Shown here: positions 28,480 through 38,365 of the stretch, in pieces
Numbering within the stretch: position 1 is the first letter of the stretch
Layout: the number at the start of each line of letters is the position of its first letter
Source: an uncultured virus (IMG/VR IMGVR_UViG_3300044655_001510)
Taxonomy: Duplodnaviria; Heunggongvirae; Uroviricota; Caudoviricetes
Direction: 5' to 3' (one strand)
Length of the DNA stretch: 64,000 bases
Virus record (IMG/VR): IMGVR_UViG_3300044655_001510
Notes under the pieces: generated by a model
The model's database searches: none
Seen by the model: only the letters and a program-made list of their open reading frames with translations
Told to the model about the DNA's origin: nothing
Program-made: the position numbers and the translations under genes

Positions 28480-29799
28480 ATGAGAACACAACCACAAGAC
28501 ATTATCAAACAATTAGAAAGTGACAACAGCAGATTGGTTAAAGAAGCAGTACTAGCCGATGCAATGAAAGAAGAACTTGACGAGTTTTTCGAAGGTGTTA
28601 AGTTAGCATTGGATAACTTAATTGTATTTGGTGTGAAGCAAGTACCCGTAAAAGAAGAAGATGCTGGTCAAGGATTGCCTTGGACTGCGTTTGTTGAAAT
28701 GGCTGATGCCTTAAGATTCCGAACTATTACAGGTAATGAAGCAAAGGATGCCATTAAGTTAGCGATGGATGTTGCCACCCAAGACCAGTGGAATAACTGG
28801 TATCGTAGAATCTTAATTAAAGATTTACGTTGTGGTGTTACCGAGAAAACAGTTAATACAGTTGCTAAGAAAGCGAAAAAACCACAGTACAAAGTTCCTG
28901 TATTTGATGTTCAACTGGCAACTGATGGGTTGAAACACGATGCTAAGATGGTTGGTAAGAAGATCCTCCAGGAGAAGCTAGACGGCACGCGTTGTATAAC
29001 GATTGTAGACTACGAAGCACGTGAAATAACACAATACACTCGTAATGGAAAAGAGTTAGTTAATTTCCCACATGTAACAGAAGCCTTACTAAAACACATA
29101 GATGACTTTGGTCGTAGTTATGTATTAGATGGTGAAATCATGAGTGAGAACTTTCAAGCACTTATGAAGCAACTTAATAGAAAATCGGATGTTAAAACTG
29201 AAGATGCTTATCTTAATGTATTTGACATTATGCCATTGGTAGAGTTTAAAGCTGGTATTAGTGAAATGGGACAACGTCGCAGACTTAACTTTTTAAACTC
29301 ATTCAAAGGCATACTAGAAGATACTGGTTGCATCAAAGTATTACCTTGGATTGAAGTAGACTTAGATACCTTTATTGGTGAAATGGAATTCAAAGACTTT
29401 AATCAAAAATGCTTAGATGAAGGCTTTGAAGGTATTATGGTTAAAGACCCAGATGCAAAGTATGAATGTAAACGTGGAACTTCTTGGTTGAAAATCAAAC
29501 CATTTATTACAGTTGACTTAGCCATTGTTGGATTTGAAGAAGGTACTGGTAAAAACGAAGGTCGTTTAGGAGCTATCATCTGTGAAGGTGAAGATGATGG
29601 TAGATTGATTTCAGTTAATGTCGGTGGTGGATTTACTGATGAAGAACGTACTTCTAACTGGGCTTGTAAAGATAATATGCTTGGTCAAGTAGTAGAAGTT
29701 CGTGCCGATGCAGTTTCACAAAATCAAGATGGTACTTTTAGTTTACGTTTTCCACGATTCATTAGATTCCGTGGATTTTCAAGAGGTGAAAAAATCTAA
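28480..29799 (+). CDS. lig: ATP-dependent DNA ligase
   Basis: EKLDG motif I, VLDGE, FD, EGIMVK, WLKIK, SLRFPRF. Confidence 0.95.
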   Translation: MRTQPQDIIKQLESDNSRLVKEAVLADAMKEELDEFFEGVKLALDNLIVFGVKQVPVKEEDAGQGLPWTAFVEMADALRFRTITGNEAKDAIKLAMDVATQDQWNNWYRRILIKDLRCGVTEKTVNTVAKKAKKPQYKVPVFDVQLATDGLKHDAKMVGKKILQEKLDGTRCITIVDYEAREITQYTRNGKELVNFPHVTEALLKHIDDFGRSYVLDGEIMSENFQALMKQLNRKSDVKTEDAYLNVFDIMPLVEFKAGISEMGQRRRLNFLNSFKGILEDTGCIKVLPWIEVDLDTFIGEMEFKDFNQKCLDEGFEGIMVKDPDAKYECKRGTSWLKIKPFITVDLAIVGFEEGTGKNEGRLGAIICEGEDDGRLISVNVGGGFTDEERTSNWACKDNMLGQVVEVRADAVSQNQDGTFSLRFPRFIRFRGFSRGEKI

Positions 29800-30074
29800 T
29801 GACTGAACAATCAGAATTACTATGTAAAGATTGTGTTTACTCTAGCGTCAGTTTAATTGATAAGGTAATCACGTTTGGTAATCCACAAAGTTACAATTAC
29901 AAGTGTTCACTGTATGTTATTGAAGCAGAGTACGATCCAGTAATAGGAAAAACCACACCGGCTAGTATTGGTTACTGCTCTTCTGCTAGACATAGCGAAA
30001 AGATATGTGGACCTAATGCAACTAAGTGGATACCCAAGTCTAAGTACGGGTTGTTTACTTTGTTGAAGAAATAA
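29799..30074 (+). CDS. Hypothetical Cys-rich protein
   Basis: CKDC..C..C..CGP. Confidence 0.65.
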   Translation: MTEQSELLCKDCVYSSVSLIDKVITFGNPQSYNYKCSLYVIEAEYDPVIGKTTPASIGYCSSARHSEKICGPNATKWIPKSKYGLFTLLKK

Positions 30075-30178
30075 CTACATTGGCTCGCACCTAGCGGTGC
30101 TCGCGACTTGTATCTTAACTTAGATATTGCGAGCACCGCTAGGTGCGAGCATTAAATACCTATTTAAAGGAAACAAAA

Positions 30179-30394
30179 ATGAAAGAATATCACATTAGAT
30201 TTAACACGAAGCACAACAACGAAACTCCGCTAGTATGGCGTGTGTTTGAAGATGGCGTTGAGAATTTGGTTAAATCGTTAAATATTACAGTACCAGTTAC
30301 TGATTCAGCTACAGTTGAGTATGGAGAAACAAAATGGAATATTTGTTGTAAGGGTACTATGACTATCATCGATGACGTTGCTCATATCAAATGA
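30179..30394 (+). CDS. Hypothetical phage protein
   Basis: MKEYHIRFN..WRVFE..KWNICC. Confidence 0.7.
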   Translation: MKEYHIRFNTKHNNETPLVWRVFEDGVENLVKSLNITVPVTDSATVEYGETKWNICCKGTMTIIDDVAHIK

Positions 30395-30627
30395 AACTAG
30401 AATTTACGCCAACCGAATATCAACAGGTAATGTCGTACAGTGATGCTAAACTCTATTGTTTTTCTTTGAATATTGATGGTAAGACTGGTTGGCGATTACC
30501 AACAATGATTGAATTGGGTGAGTTGTACAAGCAAACTAATGATAGTATGTGGTGTTTAGCTTATTGCGAATCTGACCACGATGAGTTTAATAGACTTTGT
30601 TGGCCAGTAAGAGAGATGGGTGCATAG
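30391..30627 (+). CDS. Minimal DUF1566/Lcl-C-like domain protein
   Basis: Family motifs. Confidence 0.85.
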   Translation: MKLEFTPTEYQQVMSYSDAKLYCFSLNIDGKTGWRLPTMIELGELYKQTNDSMWCLAYCESDHDEFNRLCWPVREMGA

Positions 30628-30642
30628 AGCACCCATTATTGT

Positions 30643-31197
30643 TTAAAGCCATTTGTTTATTGCTTGATGTGCACTTAGCATAGTAGCTGAATGCCATAAG
30701 TCTTCGATTGGTTCTTCCATTATCCAATTTGGATCTGGATTATCTGCAATTAACCAAGAAGTATGAGGTGACCAAGGTTCATTCCCAGCCAATTCTGCTT
30801 CTAGTTGACCTCTACCCCAAGAACAAAAACCATACATGAGTCTGAAATATTTGGGAACATTCCCATCAGCCATCATGTAAAGCATGTCTTTATTAGAAGT
30901 CATTGCCCAATCTTTGTGAAATTGAATTGTACTACCACATTCCCATTCAGCATCATGTAGCATCCAAACCGAAGTTGGATCTACTGGACCACCCCAATAT
31001 ATTGGAAAGTTAACATCAGCCGCGATATTCAAGTCAACTAAAACATCTTGAAGTGTTAAGTCTGTTGGTTGATTTAAGCAAAGTGCAAAAGTACCACCTT
31101 TTGTATGGTGTGTTACCAAATGAACTGTTTCTGTGAAGCATCCTTCTGGAAATGTAGGTGGTGCAATAAGTAACGAGCCTGAACTAACTTTAGTCAT
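30643..31197 (-). CDS. YqgE/AlgH (DUF179) family protein
   Basis: LLIAPP, LNQP, WGGPV, GFCSWGRGQLEAEL. Confidence 0.85.
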   Translation of the reverse strand: MTKVSSGSLLIAPPTFPEGCFTETVHLVTHHTKGGTFALCLNQPTDLTLQDVLVDLNIAADVNFPIYWGGPVDPTSVWMLHDAEWECGSTIQFHKDWAMTSNKDMLYMMADGNVPKYFRLMYGFCSWGRGQLEAELAGNEPWSPHTSWLIADNPDPNWIMEEPIEDLWHSATMLSAHQAINKWL

Positions 31198-31204
31198 CGG
31201 CAAA

Positions 31205-31402
31205 TTACTGTTGGTCAGTAGCGCACACAATTTTGATTGTGTTAGGATCAAGCACTTCATGAACTTGTGCTTGGATGATTGCTCTACCTGCTTCTGGGGC
31301 CTTGCAGTAATCCGCAACTACTTCTGATAATATTAACTCTGTTGTTTTAATGGCAGCACAACCTGACATTAATAACGCAAGAACAACTACTAGTTTCTTC
31401 AT
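31205..31402 (-). CDS. Small lipoprotein
   Basis: MKKLVVVLALLMSGC lipobox. Confidence 0.7.
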   Translation of the reverse strand: MKKLVVVLALLMSGCAAIKTTELILSEVVADYCKAPEAGRAIIQAQVHEVLDPNTIKIVCATDQQ

Positions 31403-32142
31403 TTTGATATCTCCTGTAAATTCCTGACGTAGTTAGTAATAGAATGGTTTTCATAGAAGTTAATCTGACCTTTCTTAATACCAACCCAAAATCCTTTTAA
31501 TCTGTCAATCACTCTACGCAACCAACTCATCACTGCTACATGTCCATCGTGGTCCATGTAATTTAATTCACCATGATGAATATAACTGCCTATTGGATTT
31601 CTAGTAACGATATCCGAGTTATTAACCCATCTATGATGTTCGATATTCAAACTATTCATAAACTCAACGTATTCAGCATTACCGACTCTTGGGCTACCGA
31701 ATGTGAATAGCACTGGATTTTGTAGATAAGTTAATTGATGGCATCTTGACGTAATCAAGGTTGCCATCGCTGCACCTAAACTATGACCCGTACACCAAAG
31801 TTGTCTATTGCTTCCAAACTTTTTCAATAAGAAAAGTAAATCAGGCCAAACGTTGTCTACATATTGTTTAAATCCATGATGAACCAATCCATGATGGCTG
31901 CTACTTGGAACTAGTTTAAATTCTAAATCTGTCTTTATGTCATTCCATTGAGTCGGTTGTGTACCACGGCATACAATGATAGCATCGCTACCATTCCAAA
32001 GGAAATAGGCTTCTGAATCGTTCGTTGATAGAAAAATACTATCATAACCAAAGTCGTTAAACAGTTGGTTATCGTTATATGCTAAATCGCTCAGTTGAGC
32101 CATTAGTAGTGCTTGCTTGTATACTGTTAACTGTGAAATCAT
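31399..32142 (-). CDS. Class 3 lipase
   Basis: CRGT, VHHGF, GHSLG, TFGSPRVG, DIV, H. Confidence 0.9.
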   Translation of the reverse strand: MISQLTVYKQALLMAQLSDLAYNDNQLFNDFGYDSIFLSTNDSEAYFLWNGSDAIIVCRGTQPTQWNDIKTDLEFKLVPSSSHHGLVHHGFKQYVDNVWPDLLFLLKKFGSNRQLWCTGHSLGAAMATLITSRCHQLTYLQNPVLFTFGSPRVGNAEYVEFMNSLNIEHHRWVNNSDIVTRNPIGSYIHHGELNYMDHDGHVAVMSWLRRVIDRLKGFWVGIKKGQINFYENHSITNYVRNLQEISK

Positions 32143-32153
32143 TTGATTAATCC

Positions 32154-32414
32154 TTAATCGTCGTAAGGGAACTCTCCACCGAATAGTTCACTTTTTTCTT
32201 TTTGTCCGTAGACAGAACGCATCTTACCATCTTGACCACGAATCTTTCTATGATTGGAACGTGCGATATGACCACGAGCTTTACATTTGCTCAATTCAAC
32301 TGCAGACATTGATGTTGGGTTGATGCTAGTACAACGTTTCTTTGTACCTAGTTTCTTGTACCCAGCTGCGTTTTCATCGAGTTCTAAATCTGCGATTACT
32401 TCTGAAATTCTCAT
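32154..32414 (-). CDS. Small late protein (MRISEV N-terminus)
   Basis: TAAATA upstream; basic C-terminus. Confidence 0.65.
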   Translation of the reverse strand: MRISEVIADLELDENAAGYKKLGTKKRCTSINPTSMSAVELSKCKARGHIARSNHRKIRGQDGKMRSVYGQKEKSELFGGEFPYDD

Positions 32415-32505
32415 GTATTTGTCACCTATAATATGTTAATATAAAGGTATTTAGCCAGTAACCTAAAAGATAATCGAGTAAATACTAGACAACCTTGGAG
32501 AAACA

Positions 32506-32748
32506 ATGCAAACTATTAAACTCAGTCTACTCAAAGAAATCTTAACCTATGATACAATCTACTCGGTACCAAAAGCGTTTGAGATTAGTGTCATGGTTGG
32601 GATTTCATCAATTAAACTAATTCAGATTATCGAAAAAGAAGATAAAATCGAGTTAGTAGACAGTAACTATAATCACCACATTTATACATGGGATACAGAA
32701 CTTGATGTTACTATCTACAAACGGGTGGAATATTACATTGGGGAATAA
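32506..32748 (+). CDS. Hypothetical protein
   Basis: GGAG RBS; TAAATA upstream. Confidence 0.6.
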   Translation: MQTIKLSLLKEILTYDTIYSVPKAFEISVMVGISSIKLIQIIEKEDKIELVDSNYNHHIYTWDTELDVTIYKRVEYYIGE

Positions 32749-33704
32749 CCCCATTCATGAATTGAGTTACCATCGGTATACAAGTCCTTCGCTTTAACAG
32801 TCTTTGTGATAACTTTAAACTTATTACCAAGATTTGCTCTACCGTGATCGATGGCATACTGCTTAGAAATAGAAACCCAATCACCTGGATTAATTCCTAT
32901 TTTGGTAGCAGCTGTGGCAGGTGTATTCGCTAATCGTTCTAGCTCATTGGATACAAACTCGTAGTACTGACTTTTCGTATAACCAGTGATACCAGTTGGA
33001 AGTCTACCAGTTTTAAGCATATGTGCTTTTTCTTTTTCATACTTTTTAACCAATTCATCATTGGTCAATTCGTGAGGTACTGCGCGGTAGATTTTAATTG
33101 CTTGATTAGGTCTACCACGCGCACCTTGCATGATACTAATACTCGCATTGTCGTAAGATTCACCTGAACTATACAACCTAGCAGCATTACTCGAATAGAT
33201 ATCATCTGGATAGATACCAGTCAAATCATGTAGCGGTCTATCATAGCCATTATTATAGGGTGCGGTATGCTCACCGCGATAATCTTCATCTTCTTTAATA
33301 CGACGTTTTTTCGCATTAGGAAATCCAAGTAACTTCTCAACTGCTTTTAAGTTAATGCGTTCCACTTCAGCCGTGATAGTTGGCATTTTTAGTTTACGAG
33401 CAGCGAATACTCGGTGATGCCCATCTTCTAAGTACCAATCTTCTTTAGTATGGTTTCCATCCAAACCTAGAGATACCTGAACTGGCTCGTCAAACTTAAC
33501 AGTACGAACCCAAGCCATACCATACTTGTTGAATAAGTCCTGTGGATTTTCCATATCGGTATATTTGATTTTGATTTTTCTTGGATCAAGTTGGATAATG
33601 TCACCGGTCTTGACTCCATAGGCCATTTCACATAGCTCATCCCAATCAAGTTCTAGTAACTCATCTCTGGTGTATTGGGATTCTTTTAGTTCGTGCAATC
33701 TCAT
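32733..33704 (-). CDS. Putative internal head protein: ParB/Srx-like domain plus C-terminal domain
   Basis: MRLHELKE; LEDGHHRVFAA; IYRAVP..INPGDWVS..YA..HG. Confidence 0.7.
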   Translation of the reverse strand: MRLHELKESQYTRDELLELDWDELCEMAYGVKTGDIIQLDPRKIKIKYTDMENPQDLFNKYGMAWVRTVKFDEPVQVSLGLDGNHTKEDWYLEDGHHRVFAARKLKMPTITAEVERINLKAVEKLLGFPNAKKRRIKEDEDYRGEHTAPYNNGYDRPLHDLTGIYPDDIYSSNAARLYSSGESYDNASISIMQGARGRPNQAIKIYRAVPHELTNDELVKKYEKEKAHMLKTGRLPTGITGYTKSQYYEFVSNELERLANTPATAATKIGINPGDWVSISKQYAIDHGRANLGNKFKVITKTVKAKDLYTDGNSIHEWGYSPM

Positions 33705-33801
33705 TGGTTATTCCTGGTTAATAGCTATATTTACTTAAATATTATTAGTTGACAGTTTCTGTTTTTGGCTATATACTACTCAATCATTAACAGGAGGACG
33801 T

Positions 33802-34041
33802 ATGTCACTAGAAGAAAAAACAGTAACAATCAACTATACAAACTATCGTGGTGAAACTGCTGATAGAAACATTGTGCCTAAAGGTATCTTTTTTGGAACA
33901 ACAAAGTTTCATACACAGAAACAATGGATGCTACATGCTTACGATGTAGCAAAGCAAGACTATAGAGATTTCGCGTTACGCGATATTCATAACTGGGGAG
34001 AGGTGGTCAAACATGAAGCCAAGAATATCACTTGGGCCTAG
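33802..34041 (+). CDS. Stand-alone WYL-domain protein
   Basis: YTNYRGE..R..P..QWMLHAYD..RDFAL. Confidence 0.8.
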   Translation: MSLEEKTVTINYTNYRGETADRNIVPKGIFFGTTKFHTQKQWMLHAYDVAKQDYRDFALRDIHNWGEVVKHEAKNITWA

Positions 34042-34278
34042 TCCAAGTATCATGGGAAAAGGTGGTTCTCATCAAATCAAAAATGAGTACATACCGGATG
34101 TTCAATCTGAACTAGACGAGTATTATCAATATTTGTCAGATATGCAAATCAACTTGAATTGTTCCGAGGAGGGCGATCAGCCCTCCTCGGCTTTAAACCT
34201 CGCATTTCACGCCTAAAACCTAAATATCAACTTCCTAAAAATTGATAAATACGGTTGTCAACTTTAGGAGATTTTAAA

Positions 34279-34437
34279 ATGGAATACATCAAAGCTAGAT
34301 TGAAAGAACCATCAACTTGGGTTTCTTTGGTATCACTAGGTGCAGCATATAACTTATACACAGCAGACCAATCACAAGCTATTATTGCAGTTGTATTGGC
34401 TTTATCTGGTGTGCAAGGCGCTGTAACTAAAGCATAG
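34279..34437 (+). CDS. Small membrane protein (holin-like)
   Basis: RLKEPSTW plus two hydrophobic segments; TAAATA and AGGAG upstream. Confidence 0.6.
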   Translation: MEYIKARLKEPSTWVSLVSLGAAYNLYTADQSQAIIAVVLALSGVQGAVTKA

Positions 34438-34503
34438 AAAGTTGTTGACAAGGCATACCAATTCCGGTAAACTAAGATTTTACAAACAACAGAGGATCAA
34501 CCT

Positions 34504-34707
34504 ATGACATCACCAGATGAAAGATATCGCGCAGTCCAAATGGCTGGGCAATTCTTGAAAGATATCAGCACTCGACCAAACATGAACAAAGACGTAGTAG
34601 CACGTGCTAGAAGCATTTTACGTCATTATCCAAGTACTTATGACTTACATCGTGCAGCATTAGAAATGCCCGACTTCTTTGCTGAAGAAGTGGAAACGGA
34701 AGCGTGA
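34504..34707 (+). CDS. BPSL0761-like small protein
   Basis: MT.PDERYRAV..FL..ARSILRHYP. Confidence 0.7.
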   Translation: MTSPDERYRAVQMAGQFLKDISTRPNMNKDVVARARSILRHYPSTYDLHRAALEMPDFFAEEVETEA

Positions 34708-34955
34708 TGTTATCGGCTGAGGATTGCACTATGATACTATATGCTGTTATTTCGGTGGTTTCGATGTTGGTTGGTTATGCTTTGTCAATTTCATCTATCA
34801 TGAAACAATGTGATATTAATACAGAATTACGAGTGCAAATCCTCGAAACGTTAAACCGTGAACGTAAGTTAATTGACGAATACCGCGAGTTCGTATTAGA
34901 AACCAAAACTGTAAATTCCCAATTGCAAAAGCTACTTGATAGCTTAACCAAGTGA
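34704..34955 (+). CDS. Hypothetical membrane protein
   Basis: N-terminal TM segment, coiled coil. Confidence 0.55.
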   Translation: MMLSAEDCTMILYAVISVVSMLVGYALSISSIMKQCDINTELRVQILETLNRERKLIDEYREFVLETKTVNSQLQKLLDSLTK

Positions 34956-35410
34956 ACTTAATATTCCTGGATTTTGACGGGGTATTAAACAATACCGCAT
35001 CCTTGGCTGAAGGTATTCACCTTTGTCCAGAAAAGGTTATCATGGTTAGAAACTTGTGCATCGAGTTAGATTGCCAGGTAGTTATCAGTTCATCATGGCG
35101 CGTCATACACACGTTGGCTGAAATAAAGGAATTACTTTACCGTACCGGTTTTCATTGTAGAACGCGTATTATCGATACAACTCCAATAAATGGTATTATG
35201 GATGCTGGATTGAATAGATATCGACGTGGATACGAGATAGAAAAGTGGTTATGTTCTAAGGCAGAAGATTACAACTATGCGATAATCGATGATATTGACG
35301 AGTTCTTACCATATCAAAAATCACGGTTTGTCAGAACAAACGATCATACGGGTATAACATCCGATGACATTTTCAAAATTAAACAAATTTTAACGAGGGA
35401 GACCAAATGA
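34952..35410 (+). CDS. HAD-family phosphatase (RNA-repair-associated type)
   Basis: FLDFDGVLN, ISSSWR, RGYEI..W, IIDD. Confidence 0.85.
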   Translation: MNLIFLDFDGVLNNTASLAEGIHLCPEKVIMVRNLCIELDCQVVISSSWRVIHTLAEIKELLYRTGFHCRTRIIDTTPINGIMDAGLNRYRRGYEIEKWLCSKAEDYNYAIIDDIDEFLPYQKSRFVRTNDHTGITSDDIFKIKQILTRETK

Positions 35411-36051
35411 GTATTCCAGGTTTACCAGATATGTCAGTTGCAACAAAAGCGTTGTCAGCTGATATGGATTCACTCACTGCAAAAGCCGGTAGTGGATGTG
35501 ATATATTCGGAACATTAGGCACTATGGTTAGTATCGAAACTTCTGCGTTGTTTGCCAATATACAAAAAGGTATAACAGAAGCGATGAAGACTATTGGTAA
35601 TGTTATAAAAGGTATTACTGATATGATCGATGCGGTTGCAGGTAAAGTTCAGGCATTCATGGCTAAGATTGGTGAACTAGCCAGTGCCGCGATTGCTAAA
35701 ATTAATGCGGTTATTGCCAAGATTGGATCAATGATCACCGGTGCTATCAATACATTAAAATCAGTTATCTCAGATATCATTGGTGTGATTGATGATATGG
35801 CTTCTGTACTTGGTAAAGCAGTTCGTGCGTTGATTGCTAAAGGCTGTTCTTTAGTTATGGGCGCAGCATCGGCTATCGGTAGTGGTGTTTCTGATATGAT
35901 TGATTCAATGACTTCAGAAGATCCATTTCCAGCAGAAGCAAGTATCAAAGCAGCTGCAGATAAAGCATTGGGTTCGGTCGGCGCTTCAAGTACAGCATTA
36001 GGCGATTCAGGCTTTGACTCAAACGTACTAGGCGAACTGGACGCAATCTAA
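35407..36051 (+). CDS. Hypothetical helical protein upstream of PAAR
   Basis: Ala/Ile-rich amphipathic repeats; coupled to PAAR. Confidence 0.7.
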   Translation: MSIPGLPDMSVATKALSADMDSLTAKAGSGCDIFGTLGTMVSIETSALFANIQKGITEAMKTIGNVIKGITDMIDAVAGKVQAFMAKIGELASAAIAKINAVIAKIGSMITGAINTLKSVISDIIGVIDDMASVLGKAVRALIAKGCSLVMGAASAIGSGVSDMIDSMTSEDPFPAEASIKAAADKALGSVGASSTALGDSGFDSNVLGELDAI

Positions 36052-36356
36052 TGGCTAGAGGCGTAGCACGACTAGGAGACACAACACATGGTACTTGTTC
36101 ACATCCATCACATGGACCAAAAGAAGTAACTGGTAAGATTATCACTGCATCAGGTAATGTATCTGCGAATAATCGCAAAGTTGCTAGATTGGGTGATACC
36201 GTTGAAACGGATTGTGGACACTACAGTATTATTATCACTGCATCCGGTAATAGCAGTGATAATAACAGACACACCGCGAGACTCGGTGATAAGATCGGTG
36301 ATGGACCTTATGATGCAGTAATCATAACAGCATCACCAAATGTTTTTTGTAATTAA
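36051..36356 (+). CDS. PAAR-repeat spike tip protein
   Basis: Three ARLGD repeats with His/Cys ligands. Confidence 0.9.
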   Translation: MARGVARLGDTTHGTCSHPSHGPKEVTGKIITASGNVSANNRKVARLGDTVETDCGHYSIIITASGNSSDNNRHTARLGDKIGDGPYDAVIITASPNVFCN

Positions 36357-36375
36357 CTTCCATTTAGGAGAAAAG

Positions 36376-36819
36376 ATGACAGCTTGTGCAATTGGAGTTC
36401 AACAAGGGGATATGTTTGTAGGGATTTACGTTCACCAAAACGGTGAACCCGAAAATGTAGGTGCGATTTTAGACAAATACTATGACAGTGTACGTTCAAA
36501 TACACTAGTTAGATACGGTGATGTTTATGAATTAGGAGCTACTATCGGTTCAATCCATACAGCAGAAACCGAAATTCCAAAAACAAAAGTTCAAGGAATT
36601 GATGCGCCAGTACCAGAAGAAACAACGTTTTATGGTCGCGACTTAGGTGATACCGAGTTGACCAGTGAGCAATTCTTTAATGCGGATAAACTAAAGGATT
36701 TCTACACAAAGCACCGTGGTAGTAAACATGTCTACGTTCGTGGAAGACATGGTTGGATGTACTACGTTGCAGATGAAGATGAATGGGTTTCAGTCTCGGA
36801 CGTGCTAGAACATGCTTAG
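36376..36819 (+). CDS. Hypothetical phage protein
   Basis: IYVH.NG.P..VG.IL..YY..FYGRDLG; AGGAG RBS. Confidence 0.7.
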   Translation: MTACAIGVQQGDMFVGIYVHQNGEPENVGAILDKYYDSVRSNTLVRYGDVYELGATIGSIHTAETEIPKTKVQGIDAPVPEETTFYGRDLGDTELTSEQFFNADKLKDFYTKHRGSKHVYVRGRHGWMYYVADEDEWVSVSDVLEHA

Positions 36820-36934
36820 TTATCTGGCACTTTCAGTAATACTAGCATTGATGATATCAATTATTTCAACAAAAGGTTGACAAAATGGCAGAATACTAGT
36901 ATTCTGCCATTCTACTTTTAACAAGGAGAACATC

Positions 36935-37255
36935 ATGAAATCAAAAATCGTAGCATTGACATTATTGATAGCTTCAAGCGCATCTATCGCAGGTGAACGT
37001 ACTTACTTCTACTCAGAAACAGTACCATACGGTACACGTAAAGATGCTATCTATCAATACAACTTACAATTACACAGAGAACTAGCGAATCAACGTGAAA
37101 TGGATGAACTTAGATTTCAATATGAATTAGAGCGTGAACGTGAAATGCGTAGACAAGAAGAATTTAACTATGTTGAAACTTGGCGTGAACGTGCTTGCGA
37201 TGAATATATTATCTTAAATCGCAACTCAAATTACTACAAACGCGATTGCAGATGA
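36935..37255 (+). CDS. Hypothetical secreted protein
   Basis: Signal peptide; promoter and AGGAG upstream. Confidence 0.65.
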   Translation: MKSKIVALTLLIASSASIAGERTYFYSETVPYGTRKDAIYQYNLQLHRELANQREMDELRFQYELEREREMRRQEEFNYVETWRERACDEYIILNRNSNYYKRDCR

Positions 37256-37496
37256 AGAAGTTACCGGTCAAAGTAGCATTGACGAGAGAAGATATTGCGA
37301 AGATGCCAGATCCAATATTCAAGTATCTTGTTGATGCTATGGTAGAAAAAGCGAAGCAAGAAGGGTATGACGTACCAAACGACCCTAATCTAGTATTTGG
37401 CAATTGGAAGATTAAATGTGAAATAGTAAATACTAAAGATTGACATTACTTACTAAATCAAATATACTTACATTTACTACATCACAGGACATCCAA

Positions 37497-38285
37497 ATGA
37501 AAATTACAGAAACAGAAACCGACGAACAAATTATCACCAGAATTAGAGAACGCTTTGAAGTGCTGGATCACATGACTAGTGCAGTAAAAGATGGCAACAT
37601 CAGAGCCTTAATTGTCACAGGCCCACCAGGAGTTGGCAAGAGTTTTGGGGTCGAAAACATCCTATCCAAACAAGATCTTTTCGACACAATCGCCAACAGA
37701 AAACCAAAATACGAAATCATTAAAGGTGCTATCAGTGCACTAGGCCTATACCGTAAACTCTATGAATATAGTGGTGAAGGTAATGTTTTAGTATTTGATG
37801 ACGCAGATGGTATCTTCATGGATGAAGTTTCTCTTAACATCGTTAAAGCCTGTTTAGATACATCTAAAAGACGATGGGTCAGCTGGAATACAGATAGTCA
37901 CCTCTTAAGACGTGAACATATCCCAGAAAGATTCGAGTTTAAAGCAGGTGTTATTTTCATTACTAATGTCCAGTTTGGTTCTATCAAAAGCAAAAAGCTA
38001 CAAGAACACTTGGCTGCTTTAGAATCAAGATGCCACTTTATTGATCTAAAAATGAATACCCAACACGAACGTATTCTTAGAATCAAACAAATCGTCAGTG
38101 ATGGTCTACTTGATGACTATGAATTCCCAACACACCACGAAGACGAAATCGTTCATTTTGTCATGAGTAATGCAGACAAGCTAAGAGAATTATCTATCAG
38201 AACCGTTCTCAAAGCAGCAGACCTTAAAAAGTCATTTGCAGATACTTGGCAAAAGATGGCTCATGTTACCATCATGAAACATTAA
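37497..38285 (+). CDS. AAA+ ATPase
   Basis: GPPGVGKS, VFDDAD, FITN, ALESR. Confidence 0.9.
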   Translation: MKITETETDEQIITRIRERFEVLDHMTSAVKDGNIRALIVTGPPGVGKSFGVENILSKQDLFDTIANRKPKYEIIKGAISALGLYRKLYEYSGEGNVLVFDDADGIFMDEVSLNIVKACLDTSKRRWVSWNTDSHLLRREHIPERFEFKAGVIFITNVQFGSIKSKKLQEHLAALESRCHFIDLKMNTQHERILRIKQIVSDGLLDDYEFPTHHEDEIVHFVMSNADKLRELSIRTVLKAADLKKSFADTWQKMAHVTIMKH

Positions 38286-38365
38286 AAATACCGCAATCCA
38301 GCTATCCTACCTCTAAAAATCAGGTAAATACTAGTATAATATTAGTAAAGGGAGGTAGGATATAA

